DNA from: an uncultured Candidatus Actinomarina sp. | GTDB taxonomy: Bacteria > Actinomycetota > Acidimicrobiia > Actinomarinales > Actinomarinaceae | Length of the DNA: 64,000 bases | Direction of reading: 5' to 3' | NCBI GenBank assembly: GCA_902635945.1 | Contig: CACPPU010000001.1 | Coordinates: 35,098-99,097, forward strand | Shown here: positions 1 to 9,152 of the stretch, in pieces | Layout: each line of letters begins with the position of its first letter | Numbering within the stretch: the stretch's first letter is position 1 | Program-made: the position numbers and the translations under genes | Notes under the pieces: generated by a model | Told to the model about the DNA's origin: nothing | Database searches by the model: none | Seen by the model: the letters and a program-made list of their open reading frames with translations, nothing else

Positions 1-1
1 T

Positions 2-487
2 TCATCCGGTGACGAACAAAAATTATTCATAAATTACTTTGATGCGTTGTATTTATTAAAGATTGTGTTTAAAGAAAACAAGAAATACGAATTTATAGAC
101 ACTTCTCATGTTGATTCAATCTGGAACACGACTGAATACAAATATCATAAATTCTGTGTGATTAAAGCATTCAAATATGAACTGGGCGGATATGAGGTGC
201 AAATAGGCGACGAGTATAAAGGAGTTTGTGATGAATTGATTCCAAAAGAAAACTCCAATATCACATATAATCCTCTTTCATATGAGGACAATCCAGATTT
301 TAAAAAATCATATTGGCAGAGAAGGGATAATGCTCTGAACTCTTTTACAGATGGTGACGAAAACTTGAATGAACATTATTACATTGCAGGTTTTACTGAA
401 AAATTTGATTACGAACAACAGAAAATTCTTGGTTTAAATACGCCATACGTCAACTTTGTCATTAATAAAGACAAACCAAAGATGTAA
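2..487 (+). CDS. hypothetical protein, 5'-truncated by window edge
   Basis: Frame of ORF 47..487 is open back to position 2 (TCA TCC GGT GAC ... TTG); no recognisable motif. Confidence 0.6.
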   Translation, partial: SSGDEQKLFINYFDALYLLKIVFKENKKYEFIDTSHVDSIWNTTEYKYHKFCVIKAFKYELGGYEVQIGDEYKGVCDELIPKENSNITYNPLSYEDNPDFKKSYWQRRDNALNSFTDGDENLNEHYYIAGFTEKFDYEQQKILGLNTPYVNFVINKDKPKM

Positions 488-503
488 TTATTAATATAAA
501 TTT

Positions 504-1406
504 GTGAAATACCTTAATCCACTAATTCCTTATATCTTTGGAATAGTAATTCTATTTACCCAATCAAACTTTGACCGTCTTTTGTCTATTAATCTAATAC
601 TCCAATCAATACTTTTTCTATTTGTGGTCTGTATTCCTATTTATAAAACACAAAGAATGAGTTATGTGGATATTGCCTGGCCATGGGGATTAGTAGTTAT
701 AGGAATAGTTAATTTTCTTTACAATGACGGCACAACAATCAAGATACTACTTTCTTCATTAATTGTTTGCCTCATTGGATTAAGAATGGGAATAGGGGCC
801 GTTAGTCTGTGGAAAAAAGGATATCTAAATAAAGAACTTTCGAGATATGAATATCAAAGAATTGTATGGAAACAGGAAGGAAAACATAATACTCACGTGG
901 CACTTCAAGTTGATGCAATTACACAAGGTTTGGCTAACTCTACATTTTTAGCAATACCAATATTCTTAGTAGGATCTAGCGCAAATACGTTAAATACTGT
1001 TGAGTACTTAGGACTAACAGTATTTTTGGTATCAATTATTTTGGAATCTGTTGCAGATTGGCAAAAATTAAATTTCTTAAAATCAATGAAAATTCAAGGT
1101 TTAAAAAATCAAGTATGTGACATAGGTTTGTGGAGATACACAAGGCATCCAAACTACTTCTTTGAATGGATGGTGTGGAATGGAGTAATTATATTCTCTC
1201 TCCCATCACTTTTTGAACAGAATAATTTTTCACAAATAAACAAAGTATTGATTGGAATGTGTATTTTGTATGCTTCAAAGCTAATGTATGATACTTTAGT
1301 TTATAAAACTGGAGCTGTTCCTTCAGAATATTTTTCACTTAAAAAAAGACCTGCATATAAAGAGTATCAAAAAACAACAAGTCAGTTTTTTCCACGATTT
1401 AAATAA
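504..1406 (+). CDS. DUF1295 / steroid 5-alpha-reductase-like membrane protein
   Basis: SYVDIAW, ESVADWQK, GLWRYTRHPNYFFEW, YKEYQKTTSQFFP motifs; multiple TM segments. Confidence 0.9.
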   Translation: MKYLNPLIPYIFGIVILFTQSNFDRLLSINLILQSILFLFVVCIPIYKTQRMSYVDIAWPWGLVVIGIVNFLYNDGTTIKILLSSLIVCLIGLRMGIGAVSLWKKGYLNKELSRYEYQRIVWKQEGKHNTHVALQVDAITQGLANSTFLAIPIFLVGSSANTLNTVEYLGLTVFLVSIILESVADWQKLNFLKSMKIQGLKNQVCDIGLWRYTRHPNYFFEWMVWNGVIIFSLPSLFEQNNFSQINKVLIGMCILYASKLMYDTLVYKTGAVPSEYFSLKKRPAYKEYQKTTSQFFPRFK

Positions 1407-1428
1407 AAAGTTTCAAATTAAAAATTTG

Positions 1429-1502
1429 TGGGAGATACAAGATTTGAACTTGTGACCCCTTGCGTGTCGAGCAAGTGCTCTGCCGGACTGAGCTAATCTC
1501 CC
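1429..1502 (-). tRNA. tRNA-Val(GAC)
   Basis: Reverse complement GGGAGATTAGCTCAG...CTTGC TC GAC AC GCAAG...GTTCAAATC...ATCTCCCA folds as a cloverleaf; CCA not encoded. Confidence 0.95.
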
Positions 1503-1544
1503 GTATTTAGAAATATAGCATCATTTAGATTTTTTATAAATTGA

Positions 1545-1748
1545 TTATTTCTCTACAGTAATAATTCTTTTGCCAAACCTTAGAAATAACCTCTCAACAA
1601 TTTCAATAAGTAGATTTAACACCCAAAGTCCTAAATATATAGCTAAAAATATTTGTATAAACTGCCACAAAACAAACACAATAATCCCGTATACAAAAAT
1701 CCATGTAATTGTAAATTTTAAGGAATATATAGGTGACTGACTATTCAC
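1545..1748 (-). CDS. small two-TM membrane protein
   Basis: 67 aa, hydrophobic; GTG start overlaps the SRAP stop codon (TAGTG). Confidence 0.65.
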   Translation of the reverse strand: MNSQSPIYSLKFTITWIFVYGIIVFVLWQFIQIFLAIYLGLWVLNLLIEIVERLFLRFGKRIITVEK

Positions 1749-2392
1749 TAAAAAGGAACCTCTTCATATTTTCGTATAAGAGAATCATTATTATTTTTGG
1801 GATTATTCACTGCTCTGTCCACTTTATGAAATTCTATATCATCATATGTGTAATCTAAAATCTCAGAATAAATCTCTTCACTAGATAAATCAGATACCCA
1901 TATGTCTCTTTGTTCACTAGTAAGTAGTAATGGAGATCTATTATGTATCACTTGTAACGTATCTACAGCTTCTCTTGTGATAATAGAGGTTTCAATATCG
2001 CCACTACTTCTGTTCCAATAAAGACCAGCAGCAAACAATAAGCTTTCAGAAGTATCGAAAAAGTAATATGGTTGTTTGATACCATCTTCTTCTTTCCACT
2101 CATACCATCCAGAGATTGGAATTAAGCATCTTGAGTTTTTAAATGCTGAAGTAAATGTTTTTTTCTCAAGTAACGACTCATACCTTGTGTTAAATAAAGG
2201 CCTCGGATTTGATTGACTTTTCAACCAGTCTGGAAAATATCCCCAGTTAGCAATTACTAAATTGTTATCAATTATGCACGGTGCCGGAGCCTGTGGTGCA
2301 ACGTTGAAATTTTGTTCATATTCAATTTCAGAAAAATTATTTACAAAGGAAAGTTCATCTTTTTCAATATCAATATAGTATCTACCACACAT
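1748..2392 (-). CDS. SOS response-associated peptidase (SRAP/YedK/HMCES family, abasic-site crosslinking)
   Basis: N-terminal MCGRY, FNVAP, FNTRYES, RCLIPISGWYEW, IHNRSP. Confidence 0.95.
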   Translation of the reverse strand: MCGRYYIDIEKDELSFVNNFSEIEYEQNFNVAPQAPAPCIIDNNLVIANWGYFPDWLKSQSNPRPLFNTRYESLLEKKTFTSAFKNSRCLIPISGWYEWKEEDGIKQPYYFFDTSESLLFAAGLYWNRSSGDIETSIITREAVDTLQVIHNRSPLLLTSEQRDIWVSDLSSEEIYSEILDYTYDDIEFHKVDRAVNNPKNNNDSLIRKYEEVPF

Positions 2393-2396
2393 GTAT

Positions 2397-3068
2397 TTAT
2401 TGTAATAATGATACGTCTATTGTGTCACCATCAGAGAATGTATTGTGTTCTTTCTTATATATAATGTGAACATTTTGCTTTCCTAGAACATTTAGTTGAT
2501 CACCATCTTTAATAAAGTATGTGTCTTTTTCTAAACATAGTAATTTGTACTTGCCTCTGTTTAAAACCTTTACAGTATTGGAGATCCAAGAATAAAAACT
2601 CTCACCATAGTGAGGGATGACAATTGTGTTTGGTAAATAATTTAAACCAACCCCTTTAATCATTTTCTCTCCCATTATCATTGCACCTGCACTACATCCA
2701 GCAATAATCCCTCTTTTTTCTACACCATGTAACTCATTAGAGAAGTCTGAATTATGGATAGAGTCATATAAATGATTAGGTGAACCACCAGAAAAAAATA
2801 CAAAATTTGATTTTTTCATCTCTTCAATAACAAAATCTTGATTTAAATCTTCTCTATTCCTTGCGTCTATATGCTTGTGATTAACATTTAGATTCTTGAA
2901 ATGTTCTATTGCAAGATTTTCCCAGTAAGAAAGCCTTTCGTCAGATTCTTTACCAGCAGCTGTAGAAAATGTAAGAACATGTGGAATTTCATCTAAATAA
3001 TTTAAAAGTTTTCTATCAACATCAAGAATAGATGGTAAAAACTCTCCTGAACCTGTAATAGCAATCAT
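2397..3068 (-). CDS. peptidase S51 family (peptidase E / cyanophycinase-like)
   Basis: GSGE, FFSGGSP, nucleophile elbow GCSAGAM, VIPH; true start ATG 3068, since the ORF-track extension runs through tRNAs. Confidence 0.85.
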   Translation of the reverse strand: MIAITGSGEFLPSILDVDRKLLNYLDEIPHVLTFSTAAGKESDERLSYWENLAIEHFKNLNVNHKHIDARNREDLNQDFVIEEMKKSNFVFFSGGSPNHLYDSIHNSDFSNELHGVEKRGIIAGCSAGAMIMGEKMIKGVGLNYLPNTIVIPHYGESFYSWISNTVKVLNRGKYKLLCLEKDTYFIKDGDQLNVLGKQNVHIIYKKEHNTFSDGDTIDVSLLQ

Positions 3069-3074
3069 AGTTAT

Positions 3075-3148
3075 TGGAGGCGACGACCGGAATCGAACCG
3101 GTGTACAAGGTTTTGCAGACCTCTGCGTAGCCACTCCGCCACGTCGCC
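3075..3148 (-). tRNA. tRNA-Cys(GCA)
   Basis: GGCGACGTGGCGGAGTGG...GAGGTCT GCA AAACCTT...GGTTCGATTCC...CGTCGCCTCCA, CCA encoded. Confidence 0.97.
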
Positions 3149-3154
3149 ATGTAG

Positions 3155-3227
3155 AGCGGAAGACGGGATTTGAACCCGCGGCCTCCACCTTGGCAAGGTG
3201 GCGCTCTGCCAGCTGAGCTACTTCCGC
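3155..3227 (-). tRNA. tRNA-Gly(GCC)
   Basis: GCGGAAGTAGCTCAGCTGG...CCACCTT GCC AAGGTGG...GGTTCAAATCC...CTTCCGCT. Confidence 0.97.
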
Positions 3228-3264
3228 GTAACTTTTATATTAATAATAGATTTAAATAATAAAA

Positions 3265-3708
3265 TTAATTTTTTCCTGTTGATCCAAATCCACCAGTGGA
3301 TCTATCAGAGTTGTCCAGCTCTTCAACTTTTTCAAATGAAATACTTCCTGTAGTAATAGTTACTAATTGAGCAACTCTTTCATTTTGTGAGACGGTATAA
3401 ACTTCATCTGAATAATTCATTAACGGAACCATTAGCTCACCTGTATATCCTGGATCAATAAGACCTGGAGCATTAATTGGGGCGACAAGGTTCTTACTAG
3501 CTAATCCTGATCTTGGTAAAACAAACCCTCCAACATTTTTTGGTAATTGAATTGCTATACCTAAATTTACAAGAACAACTTTCTGTGGATGAATAACATA
3601 CTCTCCATCTGAATAGAGGTCGTAACCGATGTCATCTTCATGACTTTTGCTCGGTATTTTGGCAAATTCATTAAGAATTTTTATTTTTATATTAAAATTA
3701 TTTTGCAG
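3265..3708 (-). CDS. dut: dUTP diphosphatase (absent from ORF track; probable CTG start)
   Basis: Manual translation: DIGYDL, LPRSGLA, NAPGLIDPGYTGE, ERVAQL, RSTGGFGSTG (all five dUTPase motifs); start codon uncertain. Confidence 0.93.
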   Translation of the reverse strand: MQNNFNIKIKILNEFAKIPSKSHEDDIGYDLYSDGEYVIHPQKVVLVNLGIAIQLPKNVGGFVLPRSGLASKNLVAPINAPGLIDPGYTGELMVPLMNYSDEVYTVSQNERVAQLVTITTGSISFEKVEELDNSDRSTGGFGSTGKN

Positions 3709-3721
3709 TGGTACCCTTTCA

Positions 3722-4792
3722 ATGATGAATATTAGAGATTATTTCTTAATAAATAAAACAAAAAAAGTTAATAAAATAAAAATCTTAGATCTTCTAGGTT
3801 TTGAAAGCGATACTCTTATTGAAGCTTCGTCCTACTCAGAAGAAGCAACTGAAGTTGTTGAAGACCTAAATCAAGAAACATTTGAAACGTTATTAAACAA
3901 TACAGAAGAAATATATGTTGAGCAGAGCAGTATTGAATCATACATTGCTAGCTCTACTGAACCTACTAATGTTGCTGATTTAACACCAACTGATACTTTT
4001 AACCCTTTAAATATAACTGAACAGATACAAAGAGTCTGGTCTGATCTTGAGAGCAGAAGAAAATGGGTTTTACCGGCATTTATAACAATATCAATGGTTT
4101 TTGTGATTACAATTGCAACAAATACGTATCTTAACTACAGGAGTAGTCAAGAAGCTGTAATAGAAGAAGCTGTTGTTGTTACAAATAATTCGAATGAACT
4201 AGTTGAGCTTCTACCTGATTTAATTGAGATATCTACAAATACCTTTTACTCAAAATATGATGTTTCTAATGCAAGTGCTAATCTGCAACAAATTGAATCA
4301 TCTTTGCTTCAGTATCAAAATAACTTAGAAAATAGAAGTGATATCTCAAATGTCAGTACTGTAAAAGAAAATTTAGATAATATATTTACACTTGTTAATG
4401 AGCTTGACCTTGTTCTTTCATATAGAATTTCAATTTCAGAGGTTTTAATTTATGGTGATCTTCCTATTGATGAAGATAACGTAGACATCGAAGAAATAAC
4501 TAATAATTTATCGAATATAATTGCTCAAAGCAAGGTCAATATAGCCACATTGCCAGAAATTAAAGAGTTTGAGAATCATAAATCTCTTGTTTTAGATGCT
4601 GTTTCAACAGCTGAAGATTTACATGGTAGATATTTAGGTGCTCTAAGAAACAATGAATATGAAGTTGCACAATCTATATCTCAAGCAATTCTATTAAATA
4701 AAGAGACAGAAAGTCGTTCTTTTGAAAATGCTCTACTGGAATTTAAAGAAAAATCACTGCTTAATTACGCAAATTTTAATAACTTACCCTAA
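3722..4792 (+). CDS. hypothetical single-TM protein with long helical C-terminal domain
   Basis: One TM segment (KWVLPAFITISMVFVITIA) and acidic helical C-terminus; start moved to ATG 3722/3725 to avoid overlap with dut. Confidence 0.75.
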   Translation: MMNIRDYFLINKTKKVNKIKILDLLGFESDTLIEASSYSEEATEVVEDLNQETFETLLNNTEEIYVEQSSIESYIASSTEPTNVADLTPTDTFNPLNITEQIQRVWSDLESRRKWVLPAFITISMVFVITIATNTYLNYRSSQEAVIEEAVVVTNNSNELVELLPDLIEISTNTFYSKYDVSNASANLQQIESSLLQYQNNLENRSDISNVSTVKENLDNIFTLVNELDLVLSYRISISEVLIYGDLPIDEDNVDIEEITNNLSNIIAQSKVNIATLPEIKEFENHKSLVLDAVSTAEDLHGRYLGALRNNEYEVAQSISQAILLNKETESRSFENALLEFKEKSLLNYANFNNLP

Positions 4793-4793
4793 T

Positions 4794-5231
4794 TTATAAC
4801 TCTGCTACTTCTTTTTCAAAGTCAGAAGCATCAGAAAACTCTTTATAAACAGAAGCAAATCGTAAATAAGCCACTTCATTTGTTTCTTTTAAGTATTTAA
4901 GAACAGTTTCCCCTACAATTTCAGATTTAATTTTGTTTCCTTGAGTTTTTATTTCATTATGAATGTTATCAACAAGAGTTTTGAGTTTTTTGTCATTAAT
5001 ATCTAGGCCGCCAAAAGCATTTTCTATACCTTTATATAGCTTTTCATAATTGAATTCTTGTATATCGCCACTTCTTTTTTGTATCATTAAACCTATTTCA
5101 GCTTTTTCATACGTAGTGAAACGTAATTCACACTTAGGGCACTCTCTTCTTCTTCTTATAGAGTTACCTTCATTGTTTTTTCGTGAATCAACTACATTAG
5201 TTTCTTCTTTATTGCAGTAAGGACATACCAT
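4794..5231 (-). CDS. nrdR: transcriptional repressor NrdR
   Basis: MVCPYC..VVDSR..IRRRRECPKC..RFTTYE zinc ribbon, ATP cone, VAYLRFASVY. Confidence 0.97.
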   Translation of the reverse strand: MVCPYCNKEETNVVDSRKNNEGNSIRRRRECPKCELRFTTYEKAEIGLMIQKRSGDIQEFNYEKLYKGIENAFGGLDINDKKLKTLVDNIHNEIKTQGNKIKSEIVGETVLKYLKETNEVAYLRFASVYKEFSDASDFEKEVAEL

Positions 5232-5267
5232 ATATAGTGTCATTATAGTTACCTCTAAATCTTGTAT
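5225..5267. promoter_or_regulatory. two NrdR-box-like sites over the nrdR start/promoter
   Basis: ATACCATATATAGTGT (5225-5240) and CCTCTAAATCTTGTAT (5252-5267) versus consensus acaCwAtATaTwGtgt. Confidence 0.6.
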
Positions 5268-5539
5268 CAAATATTTACGGGTAATATCAGTATTTGATCT
5301 TCAATAAGTAATGAATTATCTAAATTATTCATCTTTTTAATCAAATAAATAAATTCTTGATGATTTTTATTTGTAAATTTATGCGAAATACCCCATAGTG
5401 TGTCTCCTTTTTGTATTTTATATTCAACAGTTGATGTATTTTGATATTGATATTGTTCGTTAATTGGTTTTTTAACAAAAAATATCATTAAGCTACTAAA
5501 AAAATACAGGTATATTATTAATTTGATTTTTAACTTCAT
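5267..5539 (-). CDS. LysM membrane protein, SOS cell-division inhibitor candidate (YneA/ChiZ-like)
   Basis: N-terminal TM plus YKIQKGDTLWGIS...NNL LysM; divergent from lexA. Confidence 0.85.
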   Translation of the reverse strand: MKLKIKLIIYLYFFSSLMIFFVKKPINEQYQYQNTSTVEYKIQKGDTLWGISHKFTNKNHQEFIYLIKKMNNLDNSLLIEDQILILPVNI

Positions 5540-5575
5540 AAGACAATTGTAGAAATTATGTATGACAAAAATTAT

Positions 5576-5591
5576 TCGAACATTTGTTCTA
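5576..5591. promoter_or_regulatory. LexA SOS box (GAAC-N4-GTTC)
   Basis: TCGAACATTTGTTCTA between the divergent lysM gene and lexA. Confidence 0.9.
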
Positions 5592-5613
5592 AATTATGAT
5601 ATAATTTACTTAT

Positions 5614-6198
5614 ATGAACAAACAATCAGAGATTTTAGAGTACATTAATCATAAAATAACTACTGAAGGAAACTCTCCTTCAGTTAGAGAGATAGCAAAA
5701 GCTGTAAACCTTAAGTCAACAAGTTCAGTACAGTACCACTTAGATAATTTGATTAAGAAAGGTTTACTATCTAAAAAAGCGAACTTATCAAGATCGTTAT
5801 CAAATAATCAAAAACTAAATACATTTATGTCAGTACCAGTTATCGGTGAAATTTCTGCAGGTACTCCACTTCTGGCTGAGGAAAATAAAATAGGAGAGAT
5901 TCCAATTGTTGAAGAGAAATATAATAAGGACCTCTTTGCGTTGAAAGTTAATGGTGATTCCATGATTGATGCAGGTATACATGATGAAGATATTGTTGTT
6001 GTTGATAAAAACATTGAACCAAAAAATGGAGATATCGGAGCTTTTATGATTAATGACACGGAAGCAACTGTTAAATATCTAGATACAATTTCTGGTAAAA
6101 AATATTTAATCCCAGCAAATAAAAATTACGAAAATTTTGAAGTTAACGAAAATATACAACCAATTGGGAAAGTTGTCAGTTTATTTAGAGATATATAA
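5614..6198 (+). CDS. lexA: LexA repressor
   Basis: PSVREIA wHTH, Ala-Gly cleavage site (ISAG), GDSM Ser and ATVK Lys. Confidence 0.97.
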   Translation: MNKQSEILEYINHKITTEGNSPSVREIAKAVNLKSTSSVQYHLDNLIKKGLLSKKANLSRSLSNNQKLNTFMSVPVIGEISAGTPLLAEENKIGEIPIVEEKYNKDLFALKVNGDSMIDAGIHDEDIVVVDKNIEPKNGDIGAFMINDTEATVKYLDTISGKKYLIPANKNYENFEVNENIQPIGKVVSLFRDI

Positions 6199-6919
6199 CT
6201 TCTCCTGATAAATATAAATTATCATTTTCAAATCTAAGATTTAAATCACCACCCGGGTACATAACGTATGAATTATTATCAATTTGATCTGTTTTATTTA
6301 GATAGTTAAACATGCAAAGTGCACCTGATCCACAGGCATCTGTCTCACCTACTCCTCGTTCGAATACTCTGGCTTTAATATAATTTCTACTAACTATTTG
6401 ATATATTTCAACATTTACACCTTCTGGGAATATGTTTTCATTAATTACTTCTGAATTCAAATTATCTAAATCTAATCCATCTACGTCTTCTACTTCGATC
6501 ATAAAATGAGGATTGCCAACTGAAGATTTAACACCTTCAAATGAATTTACATTAATCTTTTCTTCTTCATAAGTAGGAATAGGTGTTGATACTTCAACTA
6601 TATTTTCATCTACATATACTTCTAAATCTCCAACTGGTGCTTTAACAATAAATCTATCAACATCCAGATAGTTATTATCAAGCGCAAATTTGGCAACACA
6701 TCGTACACCGTTTACACAAAGTTCTGCATCAGAACCATCATTATTGAAATAATGCATTTTTACAGAATTATTATCTAATGGTTCTACGAATATAACACCA
6801 TCTACTTCATATTCAGCATCACTTACAAGCGCAATAATTTGAATTTCTGAAACTTCACCTTCATACTGACCAACAATAAAATCATTCCCTGTACCAGACA
6901 TATACGCAAAATTAGTCAT
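6185..6919 (-). CDS. dapF: diaminopimelate epimerase
   Basis: GTGNDF, NNDGS.AELCVNG.RC, VGNPH, ERGVGET.ACGSG. Confidence 0.96.
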   Translation of the reverse strand: MTNFAYMSGTGNDFIVGQYEGEVSEIQIIALVSDAEYEVDGVIFVEPLDNNSVKMHYFNNDGSDAELCVNGVRCVAKFALDNNYLDVDRFIVKAPVGDLEVYVDENIVEVSTPIPTYEEEKINVNSFEGVKSSVGNPHFMIEVEDVDGLDLDNLNSEVINENIFPEGVNVEIYQIVSRNYIKARVFERGVGETDACGSGALCMFNYLNKTDQIDNNSYVMYPGGDLNLRFENDNLYLSGEVIYL

Positions 6920-7736
6920 TAATTATCTCCATCATTGAATTGTATACAAGGTCCTCGTCATCGGTTTCAATCATATGTAATTTTGATTCTTTTTTAAACC
7001 ATGTAATTTGTTTTTTAGCTAGCCTCTTTGTTTTTATATTAATATTTTCTTCAAAATTATCAGATAAATTCATACCGATAGCTTGCAAGACTGTTTTTGA
7101 AGGATTATTTATTTTGTTTATTTCTTCTACCAATCCATTATTAATCATTTTTTTGGTTCTAATTTCAATATTTTTTTTATGATTAGGGTGATTCCAAAAT
7201 ACTCCAACTTTGTCTTTAGGTAAATTTACTTGTGGAAAAACATATTTAGATTCCTCCAACATAAAGCTTTCTATGTTTCTCATTAATCTCCTTTTGTTAA
7301 GCTCAATATCGGGAATAGGGATCTCATTAAGTTCATGAAATTTTATCAATTGATCAAAATTTAATTGTTCTAATTCTGATCTTATTGTTGGATCAGTTGG
7401 TTTAAATTCGTACCTATCAATAATAGCTTTTACGTATAATCCTGATCCTCCTACAGCTAATATATCCTCATTAAATGATTTCTCCGGTATATCTTGATCA
7501 ATAAGATAGTTTAAATAATCAATTATTGAAAAATTCTGATCACAATCTGCAATATCTAAACCATAATATTTTACTTGCGCTTGCATAACGTCAGATGGTT
7601 TTGCAGTTAACACGTCAAGCCCCTTATAGACAGCCATAGAATCAACTGAAAGAATAGACATGTTATTCTCAATTGCAATTTTGTGTGCTAAATCTGACTT
7701 TCCAGATGCTGTTATACCTGTTAGAAAATATAACAA
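6912..7736 (-). CDS. miaA: tRNA dimethylallyltransferase
   Basis: GITASGKS, SVDSMAVYKGLDVLTAKP, VGGSGLY, LAKKQITWF. Confidence 0.95.
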   Translation of the reverse strand: MLYFLTGITASGKSDLAHKIAIENNMSILSVDSMAVYKGLDVLTAKPSDVMQAQVKYYGLDIADCDQNFSIIDYLNYLIDQDIPEKSFNEDILAVGGSGLYVKAIIDRYEFKPTDPTIRSELEQLNFDQLIKFHELNEIPIPDIELNKRRLMRNIESFMLEESKYVFPQVNLPKDKVGVFWNHPNHKKNIEIRTKKMINNGLVEEINKINNPSKTVLQAIGMNLSDNFEENINIKTKRLAKKQITWFKKESKLHMIETDDEDLVYNSMMEIIND

Positions 7737-7737
7737 A

Positions 7738-9114
7738 CTAAATTAATTCTGCTTTTAAATAAAAAGGTGTTGAATCAATAATTTTAACTTCAACAATATC
7801 CCCAGTAGAAACATTCTTATTATCAATATGTGTTATCTGTCCACTATCAATTTTGCCAGTTAGAACCTGATTATTTTTTTTCGATTGTTTTTCGATTAAT
7901 AAGACTTGTTCAGTTCCAACAAATCTTTTTAATCTTTTTTCACTAATATCTGTTTGAACATCTTTTAAATGTTGAAATCTTTTCTTAATGATATCTTGGT
8001 CAACATATTCATCTTCCATATCGTATGCTTTTGTGCCTGGTCTTGGCGAAAACTGAAACATATAAACTGAATCAAATTCAACATATTTTACAATATCCAT
8101 TGTGTCTTGAAAATCATCATCAGTTTCACCAGGAAAGCCAACTATTATATCTGTTGTCAATGAAACGTCTGGAATAATGCCTCTAATCATGTCTACTTTT
8201 TGTATAAATTTTTCCTTATTGTAACCACGATGCATCTTTGAAAGAATATCACTACTTCCACTTTGTAATGGTACGTGTATCTGATTACATACTTTACTTA
8301 GTGACTTGACTGCATTTATAGTTTCTTCTTTAAAATCTTTTGGATGTGGTGATGTAAAACGAATTCTTTCGAGTCCGTCTATCTCATTAAGCTTATATAA
8401 CAACTGAGCAAAGTATGGTCTACTCTTATTATCAATTTTTAAATCTCTCCCATAGGAATTTACATTTTGCCCTAATAAAGTAATTTCTTTAATCCCTGAC
8501 TCAACTAATTCCTGTGCTTCGTTAATAATATCGCTAGGTCGTCTACTTATTTCTGGACCTCTGACTGACGGAACAATACAAAATGTACAAGAATTATTGC
8601 AACCGATTTGAATTGTTAACCATGCAGAATGTTCAGATTCTCTAATTGATGGTGCATCTGTTGGAAGATCTTCTATTTCATCAATTATTTCAGTTATAGG
8701 CCCCCAGTCTTCTGATTGATTTAGTAGATTTATGATATTTGTTAAATTGTGAGTACCAATTACGACATCTACCCATGGGGCTCTTTCTCTTACAAGTTCT
8801 TTGTCTTTCTGTGCAGCACATCCACCAACAAGTAACTTGCGATCGATTCCTTCATCTTTCCATTTTTTTAACTGACCAAGTGTTCCATATAATCTATCAT
8901 CAGCATTTTCTCTGATTGTGCATGTATTGATAAACATAATATCTGCGGAATCCTCAATGGTAGCTTTTGTCATACCATCTAGTTCAAACATGCCAGCTAT
9001 TTTTTCAGAGTCATGTTCATTCATTTGGCAACCAAATGTTTTAACAAAGTATTTTTTACCCACACGCGAAGGAGTAAAATTCATTTTTGGCTTAATTACA
9101 ACTGTTTGTTCCAC
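7738..9114 (-). CDS. miaB: tRNA-2-methylthio-N6-dimethylallyladenosine synthase
   Basis: TFGCQMN, NTC.IRE, GCNNSCTFC radical SAM motif, C-terminal TRAM domain. Confidence 0.97.
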   Translation of the reverse strand: MEQTVVIKPKMNFTPSRVGKKYFVKTFGCQMNEHDSEKIAGMFELDGMTKATIEDSADIMFINTCTIRENADDRLYGTLGQLKKWKDEGIDRKLLVGGCAAQKDKELVRERAPWVDVVIGTHNLTNIINLLNQSEDWGPITEIIDEIEDLPTDAPSIRESEHSAWLTIQIGCNNSCTFCIVPSVRGPEISRRPSDIINEAQELVESGIKEITLLGQNVNSYGRDLKIDNKSRPYFAQLLYKLNEIDGLERIRFTSPHPKDFKEETINAVKSLSKVCNQIHVPLQSGSSDILSKMHRGYNKEKFIQKVDMIRGIIPDVSLTTDIIVGFPGETDDDFQDTMDIVKYVEFDSVYMFQFSPRPGTKAYDMEDEYVDQDIIKKRFQHLKDVQTDISEKRLKRFVGTEQVLLIEKQSKKNNQVLTGKIDSGQITHIDNKNVSTGDIVEVKIIDSTPFYLKAELI

Positions 9115-9152
9115 AATTGAATTATAAAATTGTTTTTTAAATAATCTCTATA

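Noticed and set aside
1-1428. Genomic island integrated at the tRNA-Val 3' end
   Set aside because: No integrase or att repeat visible; too little sequence in the window to support it
3069-3188. N-terminal 40 aa of ORF 2397..3188
   Set aside because: Translation through tRNA-Gly and tRNA-Cys; the real start is ATG 3068
3647-3721. TTG-start extension of ORF 3647..4792
   Set aside because: Overlaps the dut coding region on the opposite strand
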